A DNA stretch of 64,000 nt from Myxococcales bacterium (GTDB lineage: Bacteria > Myxococcota_A > UBA9042 > JABWCM01 > BTVJ01): positions 96,001-160,000 of the forward strand of contig BTVJ01000006.1 of assembly GCA_045863395.1 (NCBI GenBank), given 5' to 3'. The notes under the pieces were generated by a model. The model ran no database searches, was not told where the DNA came from, and saw nothing but the letters and a program-made list of their open reading frames with translations. The position numbers were made by a program, and so were the translations under genes. Each line of letters opens with the position of its first letter. Position 1 is the first letter of the stretch. Shown one piece after another: positions 36,102 through 44,951 of the stretch.

Positions 36102-37109
36102 ATGCGGTGGCTGGCGTGGGTCCTGGTGGCTGGGTGTGGGGCGGGTGGACCGGGCGAGGCGGTGCTCGATGCGGGCGCCGGGACGCAGGCCGACGGGGCC
36201 GCGGGAGACGCCGCGGAGGACGGAGGCGCCTGGTCGGGGACCGTGGCGACGGCCAAGAGCACCGTCCATGCGCTGGCGGCGAGCGGCACCGCGGTGGCCT
36301 GGGTGGAGCGGGACGGCGAGCGGTCGCGGCTGATGCGGATCGGGGATGGGGGCGCCCCGGCGGAGCTGTCCCAGGCGGACTACCCCACTCCGGCGTGGGG
36401 GAGCCAGGCGTGGCTCTTCATGGACCAGGGCGCCATCGTGTGGACGTGGCCGGGGCAGGGGACGATCCGGCGGATCGCTGGAGGGGCCGAGGCGGTCATC
36501 GCGGAGCCGGAGGGGCTCAGCGGCCTCGCCGTTGGCCCGGAGCACGTCTACTGGACCGAGCACGGGGCTGGCAAGGTGTGGCGGGCGCCCCTGAGCGGCG
36601 GAGCCTCGGAGAACATCGCGGCGGTCGAGTATCCCACAGGTGTGGTGGCGGGCCCGGACGGCCTCTTCGTCATCGACCGGCTGGATGCGCGGATGATCCG
36701 GTACGAGCTGGACGGCAGTGACCCGACGACGTGGGCCACCTGGCCCGGCGACAACACCATGAGGCTCAGCGGCGGGGAGGGTCACCTGGTCTGGAGCGAC
36801 AACTCCAATGGCAAGCTGATGGCGATGCCGAGGGCCGGTGGGGAGCCGGTGGTGGTGGCGGAGGGGGCGGCCACGATGGATGGTGACGTGGCGGTGGGGG
36901 AGGGTGTTGTCGTGGTGGCTCCCGGCGAGTGGGACTTCGACCGGACGGTGCGGGTGTGGCCGTTGCCCGGCGCGGGGACGCGGGAGGGGACTGACGAGCC
37001 GACCGTCGTCGGGCACCCGGGCGAAGGGTGCGGCGCGCGGGTGACGGTGGCGGGGGGTGCCGTGCTCTGGTCGCGCTGCGACGGGAGGATCGAGGCCCAT
37101 GGGCTGTAA
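36102..37109 (+). CDS. Putative beta-propeller lipoprotein
   Basis: GGAGGT RBS, MRWLAWVLVAGC lipobox. Repeated blades GLAVGPEHVYWTEHGAGKVWRAPLSGG / HLVWSDNSNGKLMAMPRAGGEPVVVA. Confidence 0.65.
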   Translation: MRWLAWVLVAGCGAGGPGEAVLDAGAGTQADGAAGDAAEDGGAWSGTVATAKSTVHALAASGTAVAWVERDGERSRLMRIGDGGAPAELSQADYPTPAWGSQAWLFMDQGAIVWTWPGQGTIRRIAGGAEAVIAEPEGLSGLAVGPEHVYWTEHGAGKVWRAPLSGGASENIAAVEYPTGVVAGPDGLFVIDRLDARMIRYELDGSDPTTWATWPGDNTMRLSGGEGHLVWSDNSNGKLMAMPRAGGEPVVVAEGAATMDGDVAVGEGVVVVAPGEWDFDRTVRVWPLPGAGTREGTDEPTVVGHPGEGCGARVTVAGGAVLWSRCDGRIEAHGL

Positions 37110-38646
37110 GGACTGCGTGGCAGGAGAGGGGAGGGCGTCGGGCGGTGCGTCACGGGGGAGGAGGGCGTCGCAGGCGCAGGTGGGACGCGCATGGGTCGTC
37201 GCGTGGCTCGTGAGCCTGTCAGCGTGCGCTGCTGGCCCATCGGGCTCTTCGGGCTCGACCGAGCCCACGCCCGACGGGTTGGTGTTCGGCGGGGGAGACT
37301 ACGCGGCGGGCGCTGCTCACGGGGACGGCGGGGGCGCGGTGGACTCCGCTGGGCGTGGCGGTGGATCGGGCGGGCCAGGCACCGGTGATGCAGGCGGTGG
37401 CGCGGGCGCGGTCGACGCAGGCCAGGGGGGCTCCGTCGACGCGGGCCACGGGGGCGACGCGAGCGCCGGGGGCGACGCGGGCGACTGGAGCGATGGGAGC
37501 GACGGGAGCGACGGGAGCGACGTGGTCGGCGAGCCTGACGCCCCGGCGGGCCTCGGCGTGCTGACCCTGGCCCCTCCGCTGATCGTGGACGCCCACCCGA
37601 CGGCCAACTTCCGCGGAGTGGACGGCGCGTGGGACCCGGTGGCCGGAGCGTTTCTCTTCGCCTACGGCAACGCGCCCATCGGCGGCGCCTACGTGGACCC
37701 GAGCGGGGCCCAGGTTGGCGCAGGCTTCCGCCTGACGGACGCCCCCTACGACGACTCGAACTGGACCCAGAACCCCCGCGTGGCGCCGAGCGACGGCGGC
37801 TGCCTCGTCTCGTGGCACGCCACCTTGCCCGCCGGCAACCACGTGGCCGTCCGGCGCGTCCGCTGGCAGGACGGCCCGGCCTTCGACGGCCCCGCGGTCA
37901 TCCTGAGCGGCCCCGGCCCCAACCAGGAGAGCGCCGCGGCCCTCGGGTGGGCCCCTGGCATCGGGGAGCACCTGGTGGTGTGGGCCCAGGACGGCCTCCG
38001 CGGCAGACGGGTAGCCCCGAGCGGCGCGCCGGTGGGGGCGGAGCTCACGCTCTCGGAGCCGGGCGTCTGGGTGGAGGGGTCGAGCGTCGCCTGGCACCCG
38101 GGCTGCGGCTGTTGGTTCGTCGCCTTCATGCAGGTCGCCCCACCGGGGGCACACATCGCCCTGGTGAGGGTCGGTGGCGATGGCGTCCCCCTCGGCGGGG
38201 CGCTGGACCTCACGGGGATGATCGAGTTCGCCAAGATCACGGACCTGGAGCTGGACGCACAGACGGGCTCCGTCGTGGCGTCCTGGTACGAGGTGCGAGA
38301 CGGCGCGGCCGGCTTCGCGGCGATGAGGGTGGGCGCGGACGGCCTCCCCCAGACGGCGGCGGTGCCCGTGTTCGTCCCACACGGCTCCTACGACGGCTAC
38401 GACCTCGCCTACAGCGCAGTCACGGGGACGAGCCTCGCCGCCTTCCACGGGCCGACAATCGCAGTGTGGGCCGCGGAGCTGGGCCCAGACCTCTCGAACG
38501 GAGTCCCCTTCCCCCTGGACCCGGGCGGCTCCACCTTCGGGGCCTTCCTGCCGCGCGTCGTGGCGTCCCCCGAGGTGGCGGCGTGGTTCGTGGCCTTCAC
38601 CCCGGACTACGCAGGGGTCACGGTGCAGAAGGTGGTGCGGGAGTAG
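37099..38646 (+). CDS. Putative lipoprotein with Gly/Asp-rich linker and repeated beta-blade motifs
   Basis: LVSLSAC lipobox and low-complexity linker, then recurring AWxxxxxxYLVVW-like units (AWDPVAGAFLFAY, GWAPGIGEHLVVW, AWHPGCGCWFVAF, AYSAVTGTSLAAF). Start uncertain (GTG 37180 is possible). Confidence 0.6.
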   Translation: MGCKDCVAGEGRASGGASRGRRASQAQVGRAWVVAWLVSLSACAAGPSGSSGSTEPTPDGLVFGGGDYAAGAAHGDGGGAVDSAGRGGGSGGPGTGDAGGGAGAVDAGQGGSVDAGHGGDASAGGDAGDWSDGSDGSDGSDVVGEPDAPAGLGVLTLAPPLIVDAHPTANFRGVDGAWDPVAGAFLFAYGNAPIGGAYVDPSGAQVGAGFRLTDAPYDDSNWTQNPRVAPSDGGCLVSWHATLPAGNHVAVRRVRWQDGPAFDGPAVILSGPGPNQESAAALGWAPGIGEHLVVWAQDGLRGRRVAPSGAPVGAELTLSEPGVWVEGSSVAWHPGCGCWFVAFMQVAPPGAHIALVRVGGDGVPLGGALDLTGMIEFAKITDLELDAQTGSVVASWYEVRDGAAGFAAMRVGADGLPQTAAVPVFVPHGSYDGYDLAYSAVTGTSLAAFHGPTIAVWAAELGPDLSNGVPFPLDPGGSTFGAFLPRVVASPEVAAWFVAFTPDYAGVTVQKVVRE

Positions 38647-38806
38647 GGTCGTGGCCGTGACGAGGGCCGCTCAGGAGAGACGTCGGAGCCACTCTCGTGT
38701 GGGCCGTATCGAGGACCCGCGGCACGGGGTGGAGAGCGAGCAACTGCTCACCGTCCATCCGATGTCTGACCTTGGAGGGTGTGCTCTCTGCGTCGTCGAT
38801 CAGGTG

Positions 38807-40390
38807 TCAGGGAGAGATGGTCAGGTCGTCGATGAGCACCGTCGCGCTGCCCGCCGTGGCGAAGTCGTTCTCGTCGTAGAGGCGCACGAAGCCGCGCACG
38901 AAGGCCGCGTTGGCCGGGGCGGCCTTGGTGAAGCTGTAGTTCGCCCATGCCGCGGAGTCGCTCGTGTAGGTGGTCGAGAACTCGTTGGGGCTCAGCGCCA
39001 CCTTGGACGCCGTGTAGAAGGTCAGCGCCAGCCGGGCGCGCCCGTTCGGGTCGTTGTCCCGCATCCAGAGCGAGATGGTCGCGTCCATCCCAGGCACCAC
39101 CGGCACGAACATGCCCGCCATGAAGTCCTGGTTGCTGGTGGAGGTCCAGGTCAGCTTGGCCGCCGCCGCGCCACCGTGGACGCTGCCTGTCTCCTTCGTG
39201 GCCGTGAACTTGTCGGTGAGCTTGATGAAGCCCGCCGGCGGGTCAGACTGCGTCCAGTCCTCGAAGCCCCAATTTGAGTCGTCATAGACCGGCTCGGCTC
39301 CGCACCCGGACACGTCGACATTCCCGAGGTCCACGGCGCCGTCGTACACGCGAATCTGGTAGACCCCGTTGAACTCGGTGATCGCCGCCTGGAAGACGTC
39401 GAGCACCGCGCCCACGCAGAGGCTCCCCGGGGCGTTGTCCGCGAACATCTGGGTGTCGGCGACGCCGCCGTGGTCGAGCCAGAAGGTCTTGCCCGCCACC
39501 TTGGTGACGACGAGGTCGTTGCCGGCCACAAGCATACTCTCCACGAGCTCGGCCGCCACGAAGCCGTCGTCGATGGGCAGCGCCCAGCCGACCAGCGACT
39601 TCTTGCCCTTGGACGTCGGCGCCTCGTGGCCCGTGATCTCCTGCTGGCCGCTGAAGCTGCCGTACTCCGTCACCGGGATGTCCAGCACGTCGCCGGCCAC
39701 CGGCGGCGTGTAGGTCCAGTTGCCCGTGCCGACGAACACCAGGGTCGCGGGGCCCGCCGGGCCCTGTTGCACGAAGTAGCCCGCGCCGAACACGTAGGTC
39801 ACCGTGACGCCGCACAGGGTGAGGTCCACCGGCCCCTCCGGGGTGGCCTTCAGCTCCGCGATGGTGGCGCACGTCGGGCCGGTGCCCGTGTCCGGCGCGC
39901 CACCGGTGTCCTCCTCAGCCACGTCGGGGCCGCCGACGTCGACGGCCGTGTCGTCCGGCGTCGCGACGTCCTCGCCAGCTACGTCCGGTCCCTGCACGTC
40001 GGGCCCGGCGACGTCGTCGCCCGTGACGTCCGGGAGGGCGACGTCGTCGCCCGTGATGTCAACGCCCGGGACGTCGTCGCCCCCGATGTCGGTGGCGTCT
40101 CCCGCGCTGGCGTCCTCGGCGGCGTCCGCGCCGCCCGCGTCCGGGATGGACGCGTCGGATCCGCCGACATCGTTGGAGGTGCCGGTGTCCGTGGAGCCGA
40201 CGTCCGTGGTGCCAGTGTCCGCAGTGCCCGCGTCGCCCCCACCGCTGGCGTCCTCCCCTCCGCTCGTGTCTCCGGCTGCGTCACCGCCCGGGATCAGCGT
40301 GCCGCCCTTGTCGTCGTCGCGGCACGCCGCGCCTCCCACCACGAGGGCGAGGGCGAGGCCGGTGCGGGCGAGGAGTGTCCTGTGCTTCAT
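38807..40390 (-). CDS. Lipoprotein with acidic low-complexity stalk, OB-fold-like segments and C-terminal carbohydrate-binding-like jelly-roll domain
   Basis: GAAC lipobox; repeats GDDVxxPDVT; TIAELK...VTVTYV..GYFVQQG...GDVLDI; C-terminal NWGFEDW...VHGG..AAKL...APANAAFVR...LIDDL. Confidence 0.65.
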   Translation of the reverse strand: MKHRTLLARTGLALALVVGGAACRDDDKGGTLIPGGDAAGDTSGGEDASGGGDAGTADTGTTDVGSTDTGTSNDVGGSDASIPDAGGADAAEDASAGDATDIGGDDVPGVDITGDDVALPDVTGDDVAGPDVQGPDVAGEDVATPDDTAVDVGGPDVAEEDTGGAPDTGTGPTCATIAELKATPEGPVDLTLCGVTVTYVFGAGYFVQQGPAGPATLVFVGTGNWTYTPPVAGDVLDIPVTEYGSFSGQQEITGHEAPTSKGKKSLVGWALPIDDGFVAAELVESMLVAGNDLVVTKVAGKTFWLDHGGVADTQMFADNAPGSLCVGAVLDVFQAAITEFNGVYQIRVYDGAVDLGNVDVSGCGAEPVYDDSNWGFEDWTQSDPPAGFIKLTDKFTATKETGSVHGGAAAAKLTWTSTSNQDFMAGMFVPVVPGMDATISLWMRDNDPNGRARLALTFYTASKVALSPNEFSTTYTSDSAAWANYSFTKAAPANAAFVRGFVRLYDENDFATAGSATVLIDDLTISP

Positions 40391-40523
40391 GGCTCCGGCT
40401 CCTTGGTCTTCAGGGCGGGCCCGAGTGCCCGCGCCTGGGGCGCCTCTTACAACGTCGCCCTCCCGCGGTCAACCTCGACTCGGCCCGGTGGCTCGGGGTA
40501 GCATCGACGACCGGAGGTCCACC

Positions 40524-42851
40524 ATGCCGCTGTCCGTCCTCGTCACCCAGTGCCTGCAGAACGACTTCGTCGCCCCCATCGAGAGAAACGAGCCGCTGCC
40601 CAACGCTCTGCACGTGGGCCGCGAGGAGTCCCGGCGCCTGCTCGGGGCAGACCCCCACGCGGGCGCCGTGGCGCAGCTCCTCGCGTGGGCGCGCGCACAG
40701 GACCCCGAGCAGCTCGCCATCGTCCACATCCGGGACTGGCACGACCCGGCGGATCCACACCAGGCAGCGCACCTCGCGCGCTTCGGGAGCCATTGCCTCA
40801 AGGGGACGACCGGCGCCGCCTTCGTCCTCGGTCTGGACGACGTCCTGGGCACGGAGCGGGGCGAGCACGTCGTCGACGCGACCGGCCTCAACGACTTCGA
40901 GGGGACCAGCCTGGGCCCCATCCTGGAGCGCCTCCTCGCGCGGGCCGACGGCGCTCTGCGGGTAGGAGTCGTCGGGGTGTGGACCGAGGCCAAGGTCACG
41001 TTCCTGCTCTACGACCTGCTCACGCGGTTCGGGCTCACCGATGTCGCCACCTGCTCGGCCCTGACGGCGAGCAGCTCTCGGAATCGCCACTTCGCCGCCC
41101 TGGACCAGCTCCGGCGGATCCTCGGCGTGCAGGTGCATGACACGGTCGGCGACTTCACGTCGTGGCTCTTGCCCATGGGAGTCTCAGTCTCCGTGCCGGT
41201 ACCGCCTGGGGCGTGCGCCCCGAGACTCACCGCGGATACCGCCATCTCCGAGGAGGACCGCGCCCTCGTCGGCGTCCTGTACCGGGACGCCGCGGAGGTC
41301 GACCTCACCTCCCTGAGCGGCGGTTTCTCCGGCGCCCTGGTGTTCAAGGCGTCGAGCCGGGACCCCCTCGGCCACGTGCAGGCGCCGAGCGTGCTCAAGC
41401 TCGGGAGACGCTCGGAGATCGGCAAGGAGCGCGTCGCCTTCGAGCAGGTGGAGGACATCCTCGGGAACTCGGCGCCCAGCGTGCGAGGCTTCGTGGACCT
41501 GGGCGAGCGCGCCGCCATCAAGTACAGCTTCGCCGCCATGGGCCAGGGGGCGGTGCGCACCTTCAAGTCGCTCTATGAGTCCGGCGCACCCCAAGACCGG
41601 GTCGACGCCGTGCTCCACACGGTCTTTGGCGAGATCCTGGCACCGTTCTTCGCCGCAGCGCAGTATGATCGCTTGCCGCTCCTCGCCTCGTACCAGTTCT
41701 CTCCCCGGTGGGCGCAGTCGGTCGCTCGCAACGTCGAGGCGGTCGCCGGTGTCTCGGGGACGGCCGAGTCTCTCCAGTTTCCCGGAGGAATCTCACTCCC
41801 GAACGTCGTGCGCTTCTACGACCGGTTCCTGCCCGCGCGCCCCACGCACGACGGCGAGTCCCACTTCGTCTCGTGGGTGCATGGCGACCTGAACGGCGCG
41901 AACATCCTCCTCGACGCGCGGGACAACGTCTGGCTCATCGACTTCGCCCACACCGCGCGCACCCACGTGCTCAAGGACCTGGCGAAGCTGGAGAACGACC
42001 TCCTCTACATCTACACGCCCCTGACGACGGAGGTGGACCTGGCCGACGCGGTCGCCGTGAGCCAGGCGCTGCGGGCGGTGAGAGACCTGCGCGAGGCGCT
42101 CCCCGTGGAGCCTCCGGTGCCGTGTGCTCCCCCCCTTCGGCGCGCCTGGGCAACGCTGCGGACCCTGCGCGCCATCGTCGCCAGGGAGTGCCGGGAGGAC
42201 CGGGATCCGACGCAGCTCCGCGTCGCGCTCCTGCGCTACGCCGCGCACACCCTGTCCTTCGAGGAGTCGAACCCTCTCCAGCGTCGCTGGGCCCTCGCGG
42301 CCGCCTGCGGTCACGCGGAGGACGTCGAGCGGGCCCTCCTGGCCAGCGACCGGCTCCGGGTGGACTTCATCGAGCTCGGGCTCCTGCCGGGCCCAGGGCG
42401 GCTCGGCCTCACCATCTGCCCTGGGCGCCGTGACCGGGGGCGGGATCTGGCGGCGGATCTCGCGGCGCTCCGGGATGCGGGCGCCACGGATCTCGTCACC
42501 CTCGTCACGCGAGAGGAGCTGGAGTGGGCGGGCGTCCCCCACCTGGCGGCACAGGCGAGCGCCGCCGGGATGGCGGTGACCGTCGCGCCGATCCCCGACC
42601 AGGCCGTGCCCACCCTCGCGGAGGCGCGCGCCCTCGTCGGCGCCACTCTGGACGCGCTCCGGGCCGGACGCACCGTCGTCGCGCACTGCATGGGGGGCCT
42701 CGGCCGCTCGGGCCTGGTCGCCGCCTGTTGTCTGGTCGCCGTCGGTCTGTCGCCCCCCGACGCGGTCGCCGCCGTCCGCCGAGCGCGGGGCCCCCGCGCC
42801 GTGGAGACCACCGAGCAGGAGCGCTTCGTCGCCACCTTCGCTGGGGTGTGA
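40524..42851 (+). CDS. Three-domain protein: isochorismatase/nicotinamidase-like + APH/kinase-like phosphotransferase + CX5R (CDKN3/DSP-like) phosphatase
   Basis: GGAGG RBS, ATG 40524. LQNDF, HIRDWH, HCLKGTTGA; LSGGFSGALVF, VLKLG, HGDLNGANILLD, LIDFAH, DLAKLE; PIPDQAVP, HCMGGLGRSG, AVETTEQ. Confidence 0.85.
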   Translation: MPLSVLVTQCLQNDFVAPIERNEPLPNALHVGREESRRLLGADPHAGAVAQLLAWARAQDPEQLAIVHIRDWHDPADPHQAAHLARFGSHCLKGTTGAAFVLGLDDVLGTERGEHVVDATGLNDFEGTSLGPILERLLARADGALRVGVVGVWTEAKVTFLLYDLLTRFGLTDVATCSALTASSSRNRHFAALDQLRRILGVQVHDTVGDFTSWLLPMGVSVSVPVPPGACAPRLTADTAISEEDRALVGVLYRDAAEVDLTSLSGGFSGALVFKASSRDPLGHVQAPSVLKLGRRSEIGKERVAFEQVEDILGNSAPSVRGFVDLGERAAIKYSFAAMGQGAVRTFKSLYESGAPQDRVDAVLHTVFGEILAPFFAAAQYDRLPLLASYQFSPRWAQSVARNVEAVAGVSGTAESLQFPGGISLPNVVRFYDRFLPARPTHDGESHFVSWVHGDLNGANILLDARDNVWLIDFAHTARTHVLKDLAKLENDLLYIYTPLTTEVDLADAVAVSQALRAVRDLREALPVEPPVPCAPPLRRAWATLRTLRAIVARECREDRDPTQLRVALLRYAAHTLSFEESNPLQRRWALAAACGHAEDVERALLASDRLRVDFIELGLLPGPGRLGLTICPGRRDRGRDLAADLAALRDAGATDLVTLVTREELEWAGVPHLAAQASAAGMAVTVAPIPDQAVPTLAEARALVGATLDALRAGRTVVAHCMGGLGRSGLVAACCLVAVGLSPPDAVAAVRRARGPRAVETTEQERFVATFAGV

Positions 42852-42946
42852 AACCGTCGACGCCCCCGCGACCCAACGGCGTGGCTGGCGAGCCGACCCG
42901 GGTTCTGCTAGCGTCGGCAGGACCGGTGGGGCGAGCAAGGTGACCG

Positions 42947-44920
42947 ATGCAGACCGCGCTGAGTCGTGAGTGCCCGAGCTGCACGAGGGAGACGGACGCC
43001 GCGTCCTGCCCGGAGTGCCAGGTGCCCACGCTGTCCCGGGAGTCGCTGGAGCTGGTCCCCGGCACGATCTTCGCCGGCAAGTTCCGCATCGAGCAGCGCC
43101 TCGGGCAGGGCGCCATGAGCACCGTGTACCGGGCTCACCAGCTCGCCATGGACCGGCCGGTCGCCCTCAAGATCCTCAAGAGCTCCGCCAGCAGCGACGA
43201 TCTGGGCGTCCGCCGCTTCTACCGGGAGCTGCGCGCCACGGCCCGCGTGGAGCACCCGAACACCATCCGCGTGTACGACTTCGGGCACACGGACCGCGGC
43301 GAGCTGTATCTGGCCGTGGAGCTGCTCCAGGGGCGCACCCTCTTCGACGCGCTGCATCAGGACGGAGTGTTCGACGGGGCGCGCGTCGTGCGGGTCGCCA
43401 CCCAGGTCGCCAAGGCGCTGGGCGCGGCCCACCGGGCGGGCGTGATCCACCGGGACCTGAAGCCCGAGAACCTCTTCCTCCTCGACCTCTACGGCGAGCG
43501 CGACTTCGTCAAGGTGCTCGACTTCGGCATCGCGCGGGTCCACGGGGGAGGGGACGGGCCGGACGCCGGCCGGACGACCTTCGGCGCCGTCGTCGGCACG
43601 CCGCTCTATATGTCGCCCGAGCACGTCAACGGCAACCTGGACGGGCGCTCCGACCTGTACTCCCTCGGGGTCGTCATGTACGCGATGGTGACGGGGCACG
43701 AGCCCTTCGGCGGCAAGGACCCGGTCCAGATCCTCATGCAGCACCTGACGGCCGAGCCCCCGCCTCCGTCCTCCTGGCGGCCCGTCGCAGCGCCGCTGGA
43801 GGCGCTGATCCTCCGCCTGCTCTCGAAGGACCCGGCTGGCCGCTCCCAGTCGGCCGAGGCGTTGATCGACGAGCTCGCCGCCGTCGCCCGCGTGCTGCCC
43901 GACGAGGACCGAACCGCGGTCACGCCGGCGCTGCCGGCGGCGCTGCTCCACGACCTGGCGGCGCGCACGACCCCCGAGCCCCACGTGCGCTCCCTCCACG
44001 GGGCGGACACCCAGATCGTGCCGCAGCCGGTGGACCCCGGCACGCCGGCAAAGCCCGACGAGCCCGCGTCGCTGCGCCTCGCCGCCACGGGCGTGATCCC
44101 CATGGCGCACCCTCCGGCGTCCCGCCTCCGGCATACCGAGATCGCCCCGGATCAGCTCGCGACCGTGACGCTCCGGGCCGCTGTGGCCACGCGACCCCAG
44201 GCATCCCGCCGGTGGTTGCTGGCGGGGGGCGTCGCGGTTGCCGCCGTGAGCGTGGCGTGGCTGGTCGTGGGGAACAACAGCGGTGCGTCCTCGGATGCCT
44301 CGCGGGAGGCGCCCGCGGTGGTACTCCCTGTGGCGCCTGCGTCCCCCTTCGAGGTCGCCGCGCCCGACGGTGCCCCACTGGCGCAACCGGTCGCCGAGGC
44401 CCCCCGCCAGGCCGCGACCAGTCCTGGCACGGCCCCGGCGCCCGCTGCCCCCGCACTACCCAAGACCGCGGTCGTGGAGCCGGTGCCAGCCGCCGCGAGG
44501 GCCGAAGCTGCGAACGCCGGGTCACGGGTGGAGACTCCGTCGCCGGCGGTAGAGGCGACAGCGGCAGGTGTGGAGCGCAATCCCGCACGCAGGGGTGGAG
44601 TTCCGCCGGAGACAGTCCCGCGGGAGCCTGCGCCCGTCAAGGTCGCCGTGACGTCCACCCCGAGCGGCGCCGTGGTCTTTCAGGACGGCCGCCGCGTCGG
44701 CGTGACCCCGACGTCCGTGGAGCTCTCCAGCGGCTCTCCGGGCGCCCTCCGACTCCGTCTCCGCGGCTACGAAGATCGTGTGGTCTCGTTCGTGGCGGGG
44801 AAGGACGATGCGGTGCACGCCGCCCTGACGCGCGCGGCGGGTGGCGCCTCGGGGGCGGGCAAGTCCGAGCCCAAGCAGACGGAGCCGCCCAAGCCGTTGA
44901 CCTTCGAGAAGTGGGACTGA
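42947..44920 (+). CDS. Hanks-type Ser/Thr protein kinase with N-terminal Zn ribbon, TM helix and C-terminal PEGA domain
   Basis: CPSC/CPEC; LGQGAMSTVY, VALK, IHRDLKPENLFL, VKVLDFGIA, GTPLYMSPE, SDLYSLG; TM WLLAGGVAVAAVSVAWLVV; VTSTPSGAVVFQDGRRVGVTP (PEGA). Confidence 0.93.
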   Translation: MQTALSRECPSCTRETDAASCPECQVPTLSRESLELVPGTIFAGKFRIEQRLGQGAMSTVYRAHQLAMDRPVALKILKSSASSDDLGVRRFYRELRATARVEHPNTIRVYDFGHTDRGELYLAVELLQGRTLFDALHQDGVFDGARVVRVATQVAKALGAAHRAGVIHRDLKPENLFLLDLYGERDFVKVLDFGIARVHGGGDGPDAGRTTFGAVVGTPLYMSPEHVNGNLDGRSDLYSLGVVMYAMVTGHEPFGGKDPVQILMQHLTAEPPPPSSWRPVAAPLEALILRLLSKDPAGRSQSAEALIDELAAVARVLPDEDRTAVTPALPAALLHDLAARTTPEPHVRSLHGADTQIVPQPVDPGTPAKPDEPASLRLAATGVIPMAHPPASRLRHTEIAPDQLATVTLRAAVATRPQASRRWLLAGGVAVAAVSVAWLVVGNNSGASSDASREAPAVVLPVAPASPFEVAAPDGAPLAQPVAEAPRQAATSPGTAPAPAAPALPKTAVVEPVPAAARAEAANAGSRVETPSPAVEATAAGVERNPARRGGVPPETVPREPAPVKVAVTSTPSGAVVFQDGRRVGVTPTSVELSSGSPGALRLRLRGYEDRVVSFVAGKDDAVHAALTRAAGGASGAGKSEPKQTEPPKPLTFEKWD

Positions 44921-44951
44921 GGGGGAGGGGAGGGACGCGAGCCTGCCGAGG

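Noticed and set aside
37486..37520. 9-bp tandem repeat (GGAGCGACG-like units) as a phase-variation tract
   Set aside because: The unit is a multiple of three within a low-complexity linker (SDG repeats), so copy changes would not shift the frame.
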